Source: Candidatus Latescibacterota bacterium (GTDB lineage Bacteria > Latescibacterota > UBA2968 > GCA-2709665). Taken from it: a stretch of DNA of 64,000 bases. Under the pieces are notes generated by a model. That model saw only the letters and a program-made list of their open reading frames with translations, did not search any database and had not been told where the DNA came from. The DNA lies in the NCBI GenBank assembly GCA_965222075.1, contig OZ244937.1:4448001-4512000 (forward strand). The letters are read 5' to 3'. The translations under genes and the position numbers were made by a program. This document shows, piece by piece, positions 46,115 to 55,678 of this stretch (position 1 is its first letter; each line of letters opens with the position of its first letter).

Positions 46115-47485
46115 ATGAACCTCATCGTCATCGTCTTAGACAGCTTCCGGCAGGACCACGTCAGTTTCTACAACAGCGGAGAGGGGCCCTTCTCCAACAT
46201 CGGGGCCTGCCGGACCCCCAGCATCGACGCCTTTGCTGCCGAAGCGGTCGTCTTCGACAACGCCTACCCCGAGGCCCTGCCCACCATCCCCATCCGCTGC
46301 CAGCTCATGACCGGGCAGCGCACCCTCCCCTACCGCGGCTGGCAGCCCCTCACATCTGAAGACATCCACATCGCCCAGATCCTCTCCCACGAGGGCTACG
46401 TCTGCGGCCTCATATCGGACACCTATCACTTCCGCGCCCCCGGCATGAACTACCACCGCAACTTTGCGGCCTACCGGTGGATCCGGGGGCAGGAATACGA
46501 TCCCTGGGTCTCTGCCCCTTCAAAGCGGGAGATCAACGACTACGTCAACGAAAATTACCCTGAAGTCTGGCGCAGCCGCATCGGCCAATTTCTGGCCAAC
46601 ACCGACGGCTTCGCCTCCGAAGCGGACTGGTTCCCCGCCAAAGTCATTGACGAGGCCGCCGGCTGGCTGGAGACCAACCGGGCGCACGACAGGACCCTCC
46701 TCTGGATCGACTCCTTCGACCCCCACGAACCCTGGGACCCTCCTGCCCGCTTCGACACCTACACCGACCCCAACTATGGTGGTCCTCGCCTGATCATGCC
46801 CATGGGCGGCCAGGCCGCAGACTGGGCCTCCCCCGAACAGATCGCTCACATCCAGGGCCTCTACGCCGGAGAATCCGCCTTTGTCGACCACTGCCTCGGC
46901 CGCCTCTTTGACAGCTTAAAAAACCTCGGCTATTACGACGATTCCATCATCCTGCTCATGGCCGACCACGGCCACCCCCTTGGCGACCACGGCAAGTTTC
47001 TCAAAGGCGCCGACCGGATGTACAACGAACTCCTCAACGTCCCCTTTATGGTCCGCCTGCCCAGAGGGGAAGGCGGAGGCCGTCGCACCTCCGCCATCGT
47101 CCAGTTCCACGATGTCCTCCCCACCCTTTTAGAGGCCGTCGGGTTGGGCAACAACACCTCCGCCATGGCCGGCCAAAGCTTTCTCCCCGTCCTCAAAGGT
47201 AACGCCGACGACCACCGGGAGGCCATCATCACCGGCTACCACCACGGCATCGACCGCTGCACCCGGGACAGAACCTGGAGCTACATCCAGCGACCCGAGG
47301 GAGCACCGGACGAACTCTACAACCTCATCGACGACCCGCAGGAGAGACACAACCACATTGACGAGCACCCCCAGGAGGCCCTCCGTCTCGCCTCTGCTTT
47401 TGGCAACCACTTCAAGCGCAGCCGCACACGCATCGTCAAAGGCCTACAGGGCGAATACGAGATGTCCTCGTCCAGTATTGCGTAA
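46115..47485 (+). CDS. Sulfatase-like alkaline-phosphatase-superfamily hydrolase with Thr at nucleophile position
   Basis: IVLDSFRQD, TIPIRCQLMTG, FDPHEPWDPP, ADHG, ELYNL..DP.E. Confidence 0.88.
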   Translation: MNLIVIVLDSFRQDHVSFYNSGEGPFSNIGACRTPSIDAFAAEAVVFDNAYPEALPTIPIRCQLMTGQRTLPYRGWQPLTSEDIHIAQILSHEGYVCGLISDTYHFRAPGMNYHRNFAAYRWIRGQEYDPWVSAPSKREINDYVNENYPEVWRSRIGQFLANTDGFASEADWFPAKVIDEAAGWLETNRAHDRTLLWIDSFDPHEPWDPPARFDTYTDPNYGGPRLIMPMGGQAADWASPEQIAHIQGLYAGESAFVDHCLGRLFDSLKNLGYYDDSIILLMADHGHPLGDHGKFLKGADRMYNELLNVPFMVRLPRGEGGGRRTSAIVQFHDVLPTLLEAVGLGNNTSAMAGQSFLPVLKGNADDHREAIITGYHHGIDRCTRDRTWSYIQRPEGAPDELYNLIDDPQERHNHIDEHPQEALRLASAFGNHFKRSRTRIVKGLQGEYEMSSSSIA

Positions 47486-47527
47486 TATTTTACACCATTT
47501 TGCATGACGGGCCAGCTGGAAGGGAGG

Positions 47528-49294
47528 TCAGTCCGCGGCGCTCTGACGGTTGGGGGCAAACTGCCATTTTCTGGAGAGGTCCTGGGCGCGGACCATCCTG
47601 GCGTAGAGGCCGTCGGCATCCATCAGGTCGTCGTGGGTGCCGGTTTCGACGATGCGGCCCGCGTCTAAGACGACGATTTTGTCGGCGTTTCGGACGGTGG
47701 AGAGGCGGTGGGCGATGACGAGGGTGGTGCGGTGGCGGGTCAGGCGGGAGATGGCCTCCTGGATGAAGGACTCGGTTTCGGCGTCTACGGAGGAGGTGGC
47801 CTCATCCAGGATGAGGATAGGGGCGTCTTTGAGAATCGCGCGGGCGATGGAGAGGCGCTGTTTCTGGCCGCCTGAGAGGCGCACGCCCCGTTCGCCGATG
47901 AGGGTGTCGTAGCCGTCGGGCAGGTCGAGGATAAAGGGATCGGCGTTGGCCGCCCGGGCGGCGCTTTGGACCTCATCCTCGTTGGCTTCCGGGCGGCCGA
48001 AGAGGAGGTTTTCCCGCACGGTGCCGTGGAAGAGGAAGACGTCCTGGAGGACCGAAGCGATGTGCCCCCGCAGGTAGGCGAGGGGGAAGTTGCGGATGTC
48101 GTGTCCGCCGATTGTGACGGCGCCCTGCTGAGGGTCGTAGAAGCGGGGGATGAGGCTGGTAACGGTGGTCTTGCCAGCGCCGGTGGGGCCGACTAAGGCG
48201 ACGATTTCACCCTCGTCAATCCGCAGGTCGATGTTGAACAGGACGGGCACGTCGGCATCGTAGCCGAAGGTGACGTCCCGGAGGCGGATGTTCCAGGCGA
48301 TATGCTCGGGCGCGGCGGCGTCTGGGGCGTCTGCGATGTCGGATTGGACGGCGAGGAGGTCCAGGACGCGGTCGGTGCTGGCGGCTGCCTTCTGGAGGAT
48401 GTCGTTGAAGGAGGCAAGCTGGAGGAAGGGCTGGTAGATGTGGCCCATGTAGACGATGAAAACGAAGAGGTCGGCCACGGAGATCGTTCTCTCCAAGGCC
48501 ATGACCCCACCGCTCCAGATGACCAGGACGATGCCGAGACCGCCGATGGCCTCGATGATGCCGGCGGGTAAAATGGAGATTCTGTTGGCGGCGATGCTGC
48601 TGTCTCTGAACTTTCGGCTCTGGGTTTCCACCAGGCGGGCGCGGTTGTGCTCCTGCACGAAGGACTTGATCACGGGGATGCCGGAGAAGCTGTCCTGCAC
48701 CAGGGCGACCAGGTTGGAGAGGTGTTCCCGGACGGACCGCCACATGGCGCGTACCTTTGAGACGTAGCGATAGACCAGGAGAGCGGCGACGGGGATGGGC
48801 AGGAGGGTGACGAGGGCGAGTTTGGGGTTGAGGGTGAAGAGGACGGCCATCATGGAGACCGGGATGAGGGTGGCCAGGGCGGTTTCCGGAACCCCGTGGG
48901 CGACAAAGTCTTCGACCGCCTCGATGTCGTTGATCGATCGGGAGATGAGGCTGCCGGTACGCTTCGTGTTGAAGAAGCGGTGGGGCAGGGTCTGGAGGTG
49001 CCGGTAGACCCGGGTCATCAGGTCGTGCATGACCTGGTAGGCGGTGATGTGCGAGAAGAAGCCGTAGCCGTAGCGGGCGGCGCCCCTCAGGAGGTAGACG
49101 CCGACGAGGAGGAGGCTGACCTGGAGCAGCGCTTCCGGGCTCCCCCCGCCCTGGGTCAGCCACTGGATAAGTTTGCGGATGAGCAGGGGGGGCAGGAGGT
49201 TGGCCGCGGTAAAGAGGAGGCCGCAGCCGATCGAGAGGGCCATAGGGAGGCGCCGGCCCTTCAGAAGGCGATAAAACTGGATGAAAAAGGCCAT
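47528..49294 (-). CDS. ABC exporter, fused permease/ATPase (MsbA-like)
   Basis: TMD plus GPTGAGKTT, LSGGQKQR, ILDEATSSVD, IAHRLST. Confidence 0.95.
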   Translation of the reverse strand: MAFFIQFYRLLKGRRLPMALSIGCGLLFTAANLLPPLLIRKLIQWLTQGGGSPEALLQVSLLLVGVYLLRGAARYGYGFFSHITAYQVMHDLMTRVYRHLQTLPHRFFNTKRTGSLISRSINDIEAVEDFVAHGVPETALATLIPVSMMAVLFTLNPKLALVTLLPIPVAALLVYRYVSKVRAMWRSVREHLSNLVALVQDSFSGIPVIKSFVQEHNRARLVETQSRKFRDSSIAANRISILPAGIIEAIGGLGIVLVIWSGGVMALERTISVADLFVFIVYMGHIYQPFLQLASFNDILQKAAASTDRVLDLLAVQSDIADAPDAAAPEHIAWNIRLRDVTFGYDADVPVLFNIDLRIDEGEIVALVGPTGAGKTTVTSLIPRFYDPQQGAVTIGGHDIRNFPLAYLRGHIASVLQDVFLFHGTVRENLLFGRPEANEDEVQSAARAANADPFILDLPDGYDTLIGERGVRLSGGQKQRLSIARAILKDAPILILDEATSSVDAETESFIQEAISRLTRHRTTLVIAHRLSTVRNADKIVVLDAGRIVETGTHDDLMDADGLYARMVRAQDLSRKWQFAPNRQSAAD

Positions 49295-49891
49295 TTCTGT
49301 CCAGGGTTTTGGGGCGCATCAGATGACTGTACGGACTACAAACCTAGGGATGAGGGGCGACGAAGTCAACCCTTTTCACAGTCGGGAGGGACCCCCCCTC
49401 GAAATTTGGGTTGTGTTGGACGGGTTTGCGCTCTATATTACGGGGTCCAAGAGAACTGTTTTCTCAACGTAATATTTCTATATTTGTTTGAAATATATGA
49501 ATTTACGTTTGAGTAAAACGTGGTGTTGATGAAGTGGTATCCCAAAATTAACCAAATTGCTCGACAATCGATCAAAGAGAATTCGATTTATTTATCAGAT
49601 TTTCTGGAATCTCTCTGTTTCAGGATATTAATAACTTATTTAATATTTGATATTTATAGCTATATATGCACGTTAAAAAAGATTAGCTACGGTACTTAAT
49701 TTTGGGTATATTATGCCTTCAACACTTATAAAAAGATGTCTACGATCGGTTGGAGGGCGGGATAAAGGCTGGCCTGGGTTATATTGGGGCCTGTAGCCTG
49801 AAGGGAAAGTCTCAACAATGCCCGGTTTACGGGTTGGCAGGATCGTGCGGTTTTTCCCAGAGTGATGGCGCACCACTCAGTGAGGGCAAGG

Positions 49892-50923
49892 ATGGCGGAA
49901 TCGAGGTTTACGGTTGATCCGACCGAGACCGAAGAGGCGCTGGTTGAGAAGATGACGGAGCCATCTCGGGCGGTTGTCGAGGCGGTCTCTCAAATCGACG
50001 GCGAGATTATGATCCTGGGGATCGCCGGGAAGATGGGGCTGACCCTGGGAGAGCTCCTGGCGCGGGCGGGCGCGAAAGGCGTGATCGGGGTCTCACGGTT
50101 TTCCAATCCGGCCGATCGGGACATATTGGAGCGCAAGGGTATCCGGACCGTGAAGTGTGACCTGACCGACGATGAGGGGCTCCGACAGCTTCCGGAGACG
50201 GGCCACGTCGTCCTGATGGCCGGGCACAAGTTCGGAGCGACTGGAAACGAACCTCTCACCTGGGCGATGAACACCCTGCTGCCGGCCAAGGTGATGCAGC
50301 GGTTTCAGGAGTCCCGGATTGTTTATGTGTCTTCGGGAAATGTCTACCGTTTTAAACACGTTAAAGAAGGCGGCGCTGTAGAGTCAGACCCGGTTGACCC
50401 GATTGGAGAGTACGCCCGGTCGAGGCTGGGGGGGGAGCGGCTGGTGCAGTTTTATTCTTTGCAGAATGGGACGCCTGTCACCATTGTCCGGCTGTTCTAC
50501 GCCACGGAGCTGCGCTACGGCATCATTCTGGATATTGCACAGTGGGTCTGGAACCGTGAGCCGATCGATCTGACGATGGGGTACGCCAACCAGATCTGGC
50601 AGGGGGACGCCAATGCCTACCTGGCCCGCTGCTTTCCCCTGTGTGAAAGCCCGGCGCGTATCCTCAATCTCACCGGTCCAGAGACGCTTTCGGTCCGCGA
50701 GTTGGCTATCCAGCTTGGAGGACTGATGGCCGTGGAGCCGGTCTTTGAAGGGGAGGAGGAGGATACGGCGCTGCTTGGGAATGCAGGGGCGCTGTTCGAC
50801 CTGCTCGGACCACCCAAAGTGACGGCGGCAGAGATCGTTGAGTGGGTCGCGGCGTGGGTGATGCAGGGGGGACCAACACTGGGCAAACCGACCAAGTATG
50901 AGGCCCGGGACGGAAAGTTTTAG
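49892..50923 (+). CDS. NAD-dependent epimerase/dehydratase family protein
   Basis: LGIAGKMG, MAGHKFG, SSGNVY, GEYARSRLGGER, YATELRYG. Confidence 0.88.
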   Translation: MAESRFTVDPTETEEALVEKMTEPSRAVVEAVSQIDGEIMILGIAGKMGLTLGELLARAGAKGVIGVSRFSNPADRDILERKGIRTVKCDLTDDEGLRQLPETGHVVLMAGHKFGATGNEPLTWAMNTLLPAKVMQRFQESRIVYVSSGNVYRFKHVKEGGAVESDPVDPIGEYARSRLGGERLVQFYSLQNGTPVTIVRLFYATELRYGIILDIAQWVWNREPIDLTMGYANQIWQGDANAYLARCFPLCESPARILNLTGPETLSVRELAIQLGGLMAVEPVFEGEEEDTALLGNAGALFDLLGPPKVTAAEIVEWVAAWVMQGGPTLGKPTKYEARDGKF

Positions 50924-50961
50924 GTACTTGCGGAATATCAAATCCGCAATTTCGGGAGGGT

Positions 50962-52278
50962 ATGGTGGTGGGGGATCTGAAGGGTGGTGTTGCCGAGGTC
51001 AACATTACCCCGCCCGTTGGCATCTCGCTGGGCGGGTTTGGCGGGCGTAAAGGACCGGCGCAGTCCGTCCACGACGATCTCTACGCGCGGGCGCTGGTGC
51101 TGGATAATGGCGAGGCGCGCCTAGGGATTGTGACGGCAGATGTGATCAGTTTTGCGCCCGATCTGGTGGATCGGATTCGGAGGCTGGTTTCAGATGCGGC
51201 GGGCATTCCGGGGACGCACCTGGTGTTAAACGGGTCGCACTCGCATTCGGGGCCTACGGTGATGGCGTTCCGGAGCATGGGGGATCGGGATGCGGCCTAC
51301 GAGGATGTGCTCTGCCGGAAGGTTGCTGGGGCCGTGAAGATGGCTTTGGACCGGCTGGAGGCGGTTTCGCTTTTGACGGGCCGTGCACCGGTGCGGATCG
51401 GGTACAACCGCCGGGAGAGGTGGAAGGATCAGATGGTGCTGGGGCACAATCCGGGCGGGCCGGAGGCGCCTTGGGTGGACGTGCTGCGGGTGGACCGTGG
51501 AGACGGCTCCCCGCTGGGGCTTTTCTACGCCACGGCGGCCCATCCGGTGAATTTGCGCGGTCTGGAATTCAGCGCGGAGTTTCCAGGGTATGCGGCCCGG
51601 TTTCTCGTTCGCAATTTTGACGGCGCCGTGCCGATGTTTGCCCAGGGCTGCTGTGGAGACATCAACTGTTCGCCCCAGGACGGGACGTTTGAGATGAGCC
51701 AGCGCCAGGGGAACCTGCTGGGGGCTGCGGCCCTGACGGCTGCTCTGCAGGCGGAACCGGCAGAGGGAACGGCGCTGGCTTCGGCCTGTCTCGAGATCAA
51801 TCTGCCGTTGAACATTCCAAGTGTGGAGGCAGCGGCACAGGCGCTGGAGGGACAACGCGAAAGATACGAGCAGGCAGAGCAGGATCTGGAGGTGGTTCCC
51901 TATCTGCTGCGCCAGTACAGCGGGCAGGTGGCGTGGGCGGAGGACTACCTACAGGCGGCGCAGGCGGGCGAGGCACAGACACAGCTATTTGAGATTCAGG
52001 CGATGCGGATCGGGGACCTGGCGCTGGTGGCCTACCCGGGGGAGATGTTTGTGGACTACCAGCTTACTATGGACCGGGAGTCGCCGTTTTCCCGGACCTT
52101 TACGCTGGGGTATACCAACGGCTGCATCGGATATGTGCCCACAGAAGATGCATACCCGGAGGGGGGGTACGAGGTCGATACGGCATTCCGGTATTACGGG
52201 ACGCTGATGATTACGTCCGATTGCGAGCGCATGGTCAAGGAGACGACGTTTGAGATGCTGGAGGGGCTGAAGGGATAG
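50962..52278 (+). CDS. Neutral/alkaline ceramidase-like hydrolase
   Basis: NITPP.G..LGG, HDDLYARALVL, SHSHSGP, QGCCGDIN, PGEMF, GYTNG..GYVPT..AY.EGGYE. Confidence 0.82.
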   Translation: MVVGDLKGGVAEVNITPPVGISLGGFGGRKGPAQSVHDDLYARALVLDNGEARLGIVTADVISFAPDLVDRIRRLVSDAAGIPGTHLVLNGSHSHSGPTVMAFRSMGDRDAAYEDVLCRKVAGAVKMALDRLEAVSLLTGRAPVRIGYNRRERWKDQMVLGHNPGGPEAPWVDVLRVDRGDGSPLGLFYATAAHPVNLRGLEFSAEFPGYAARFLVRNFDGAVPMFAQGCCGDINCSPQDGTFEMSQRQGNLLGAAALTAALQAEPAEGTALASACLEINLPLNIPSVEAAAQALEGQRERYEQAEQDLEVVPYLLRQYSGQVAWAEDYLQAAQAGEAQTQLFEIQAMRIGDLALVAYPGEMFVDYQLTMDRESPFSRTFTLGYTNGCIGYVPTEDAYPEGGYEVDTAFRYYGTLMITSDCERMVKETTFEMLEGLKG

Positions 52279-52406
52279 GGAGACCCATAGTTTGTAGAGG
52301 GTATTGGTTGTAGAAAGCCCATGACTTCAATTTTAAAACTGAAAAACTGGCGCAACTTCCGTCTGGCCGTAGGGTTTAATAGGAGTCCCTTCTTTTATGT
52401 GCATCC

Positions 52407-53615
52407 ATGAAATTTTCTGAATTTTCGCTGCAGCCCAAAATTCTAGAAGCGCTCCGGGAGATGGGGTATGAGGAACTGACCCCCATCCAGGAGAAGGCAA
52501 TTCCGCATGTCCTGGCCGGAAAGGATCTGTTGGGAGTTGCCGAGACCGGTTCGGGGAAGACGGGGGCGTGCGGTGTGCCCCTCGTGCAGATGGTAGATCC
52601 GACGCTCAACGCCTTGCAGGCCCTGATTCTGGTGCCCACGCGCGAGCTGGCTCAGCAGTATGTGGCGGAACTGGCGGAGATTGCCCGATATACGGATGTG
52701 GCGCCGTTTGCCGTGTTTGGCGGATTTGACATGGCGATCCAGCGGGCCAAATTGCGGGATAGGGTGCACATCCTGGTGGCGACCCCCGGGCGGTTGATCG
52801 ACTATTTGTGGAATCATGCCCTGCCCTTTTCTCACATCCGCACCATGGTCTTGGACGAAGCGGACGAAATGTTGAAGATGGGGTTTATTGAGAATGTAGA
52901 TTTCATCCTTTCATGTCTGCTCCACGACCATCAGACGTTGCTTTTTTCGGCTACCATGCCCAATGCGGTCGGCCGGCTGGCCAGGTCCTATTTGAAAGAC
53001 CCGGTGCGGATTGAGTTGAACAAGGAGCAGATTGCGCCGGCGTCTCTGGCGCACCATTTTAAGTATATTGCACGTCAGGATCGGCTGAAGGCGCTGGTGA
53101 CCTACTTACGGGAAGAGACGATTTCGCAGGCCATTATCTTCTGCAACTCCAGGGAGGGCGTTGGGAGGCTTATCCAGGCGTTGAAGCGAATGTTCCAGTC
53201 GGTGGAATTTATCCACGGAGGGCTGGAGCAGCCCCAGCGGACCTCTATTTATAACCGGTTCCGGGATCGAAGCATTCGTTTGCTGGTCGCCACAGATGTT
53301 GCCGCTCGCGGGCTTGATTTTACGCATGTCAGCCATGTGATCAATTACGAATTTCCCCAGTCCGAAGAGGCCTATACACACCGATCGGGCCGAACCGGCA
53401 GGATGGGACGGTCGGGCATTGCGATGACCTTTGTGGCCGACAGGGAACTGAATGCGCTCCAGCGCTTGCTGAGGGTCAACCGTATTGGTCCGGTCTGGCA
53501 TGACCGGGTCCCTTCCTTTGCCGGCGTGTCCAGAACAGGAGGCAGGGAGGGCCAGCGGTTCGGCCGAAAGGCTCCCGGCCGTCGGGCCGGGAGACGGCGC
53601 AGGCGGTCTCGCTAA
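52407..53615 (+). CDS. DEAD-box RNA helicase
   Basis: TPIQ, AETGSGKT, PTRELA, TPGR, DEAD, SAT, ARGLD, HRSGRTGR. Confidence 0.97.
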   Translation: MKFSEFSLQPKILEALREMGYEELTPIQEKAIPHVLAGKDLLGVAETGSGKTGACGVPLVQMVDPTLNALQALILVPTRELAQQYVAELAEIARYTDVAPFAVFGGFDMAIQRAKLRDRVHILVATPGRLIDYLWNHALPFSHIRTMVLDEADEMLKMGFIENVDFILSCLLHDHQTLLFSATMPNAVGRLARSYLKDPVRIELNKEQIAPASLAHHFKYIARQDRLKALVTYLREETISQAIIFCNSREGVGRLIQALKRMFQSVEFIHGGLEQPQRTSIYNRFRDRSIRLLVATDVAARGLDFTHVSHVINYEFPQSEEAYTHRSGRTGRMGRSGIAMTFVADRELNALQRLLRVNRIGPVWHDRVPSFAGVSRTGGREGQRFGRKAPGRRAGRRRRRSR

Positions 53616-53650
53616 TCCGGTACGGATAGCGCCCATTGAGGAGGTGGACA

Positions 53651-54625
53651 ATGCGGTTTACTGCTGTGTTCTGCGTGCTGCCTTGGGCCTTTGTTGCGCC
53701 CCTTGTGGCTGCAGAGGTGAAAAAGGAAGTCTGGGCCGAAGGGGCCGCTTCTGCAGCGGAGGCCTTTGCCAGGTATGCCCCAGGGCGGATCGGCGTGCTG
53801 CTGGTGGCCACGGGCAAGGACCCCGATCTGGACTTTCGCTACGCGGGGCGTGCGTTGCATACCGAGGAACGGGAATTTTCTTACAGTTTTCACCGGATGA
53901 CCCGTTGGTACGAGTTGCAGCTCTATGAGGCCTTGCGCGGTGTTTTTCAGGAGAAGGGATACGAGGTCCGGTGTCTGAACAGAGGGCCCTGGAAGGGGTT
54001 GCGTTTGAAGGAGGTGATGGCGCAGGCCAAAGGGATAGACGCCGCCTGCGTGGTGCATTACGGCATCAAGCGCACCCATGCCGTTGTGAATCGGGATGGT
54101 TATACCTGGTGGGTGCCGTTTGAGGGGATGTTGCTGAAGGTCAAGTGTACGGTTTTTGACGTTTCCAGTAGAGACCCGTTCTACGAGCTGAAGGGGGAGA
54201 CGCTGGGCACGGAGGATCTCTACCCCAACCTGGGGGAGATGGTGGTGGAGGAACCGCTCTATCCGAGCGGATACAGTCCCCACGGCGGGATAAGCAACTA
54301 TAAGATCGCGATCTACCATACATCGGTACGGGATCCAAAGACGGGAAAACGGACCCTTCCGATGATCCGAACCTCGGAAGGGTCGCTCGATATTTCTTAC
54401 GAAGGAAATCTTGGGGAAGCGGGACAGCAGATTACGAAAAAGGACCCGGTGACGGGGATGGTGATCCTAAAGGACAAAAAGATACGGGAGGATAGTGTTT
54501 TGGGCCGGTTGCTCCAACATGTGACGTACCGCCCAAAGCAAGACGAAATCGAATATTTCGATCTGGTTTCCATCCATCGGTGCAGCGAGATGGTCCGTGA
54601 AAAAATTCCGCAGCAGCGTCCGTAG
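53651..54625 (+). CDS. Hypothetical secreted protein
   Basis: RBS GAGGAGGT, signal-peptide-like N-terminus; no recognised domain. Confidence 0.75.
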   Translation: MRFTAVFCVLPWAFVAPLVAAEVKKEVWAEGAASAAEAFARYAPGRIGVLLVATGKDPDLDFRYAGRALHTEEREFSYSFHRMTRWYELQLYEALRGVFQEKGYEVRCLNRGPWKGLRLKEVMAQAKGIDAACVVHYGIKRTHAVVNRDGYTWWVPFEGMLLKVKCTVFDVSSRDPFYELKGETLGTEDLYPNLGEMVVEEPLYPSGYSPHGGISNYKIAIYHTSVRDPKTGKRTLPMIRTSEGSLDISYEGNLGEAGQQITKKDPVTGMVILKDKKIREDSVLGRLLQHVTYRPKQDEIEYFDLVSIHRCSEMVREKIPQQRP

Positions 54626-54681
54626 GGAGGGGCAATGTGGGTCGTCTTCAGCCAGTTCACGATAGAAAAGGATAGACCACT

Positions 54682-55677
54682 ATGAACAGGTTTAAGCTGA
54701 AGGAAGTGGAATTGGAGCCGGACATTTTAGGGCTCACGCTGGATAGCGACAGGCTTTCACTGACCATTGCCCCTCAGCTTGGCGGTAAGATCACCTCCCT
54801 GATCAACAAGAAGACCAAGCGGGAATTTATTACCCGGACCAACATTTCTTACCGGCTGCGGACCTATGGAGATCGCTTTGAAGATTACGAACGCGACGGT
54901 GCGGATGAATGTTTTCCCGCGGTGGGGTCCGGTCCTTTTCCGGTATTTCCCTGGGAGGGGACACCGGTGCCGGACCACGGAGAGGTCTGGACCCTGCCCT
55001 GGGAATACCAGGTGAGGCAGGGGCGGCTGCATATGTGGGTGCGGGGAGTGAGGCTGCCCTACGTCTTTGAACGCCAGATCGGGTTTGAGATCCTGGCCCG
55101 CAAGGAGCAGCCCTATATCCGGCTCTCTTACCGGGTTCGGAACGAGAGTCCGTACGATATGCCCTTTGTTTATGCATTCCACCCTCTGTTCCGGGTTGAA
55201 ACGCGCACCCGAATTTTGATCCCGAAGGGAACAGATGTGGTTTCTTATATGAGTACTGAGGACCGCCTGGGGCCGCCGATGACGCGGCATGCCTGGCCCC
55301 ATGTGACCGACCTGACCTTAGACAAGACCTACGATCGAAGCGCGGTCCGGTCGAGCCGGAACAAGGAGGCCGAGAAGCTTTTTACGACGCGTCTGGAGCA
55401 GGGGCGGTGTGCCCTTCTTTATCCAAACGGGGAGTTCGTGGGGTTTTTGTTCCCGGCCAAAAAGCTCCCCTATCTGGGGCTGTGGGTCAGCGAAGGGGGG
55501 TGGTACAACCACCACCATGTGGCCCTGGAGCCTTCTACTTCTCAGGTTGACCGCTTAGATGTGGCCGAGGGGCTGAAGGCGTGCGGCGTGGTGCCCGGTG
55601 GCGGTGAGTTCGAATGGGATATCAGCATGATTTTGGGTAAGGGCGATGAGCTTACCGACCTTTTAGGGGAATTCTGA
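54682..55677 (+). CDS. Galactose mutarotase/aldose epimerase-like protein
   Basis: P.LGGKITSL, GADECFP, PDHGEVW.LPW, AFHPLF, YLGLW, ALEP. Confidence 0.8.
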   Translation: MNRFKLKEVELEPDILGLTLDSDRLSLTIAPQLGGKITSLINKKTKREFITRTNISYRLRTYGDRFEDYERDGADECFPAVGSGPFPVFPWEGTPVPDHGEVWTLPWEYQVRQGRLHMWVRGVRLPYVFERQIGFEILARKEQPYIRLSYRVRNESPYDMPFVYAFHPLFRVETRTRILIPKGTDVVSYMSTEDRLGPPMTRHAWPHVTDLTLDKTYDRSAVRSSRNKEAEKLFTTRLEQGRCALLYPNGEFVGFLFPAKKLPYLGLWVSEGGWYNHHHVALEPSTSQVDRLDVAEGLKACGVVPGGGEFEWDISMILGKGDELTDLLGEF

Positions 55678-55678
55678 T

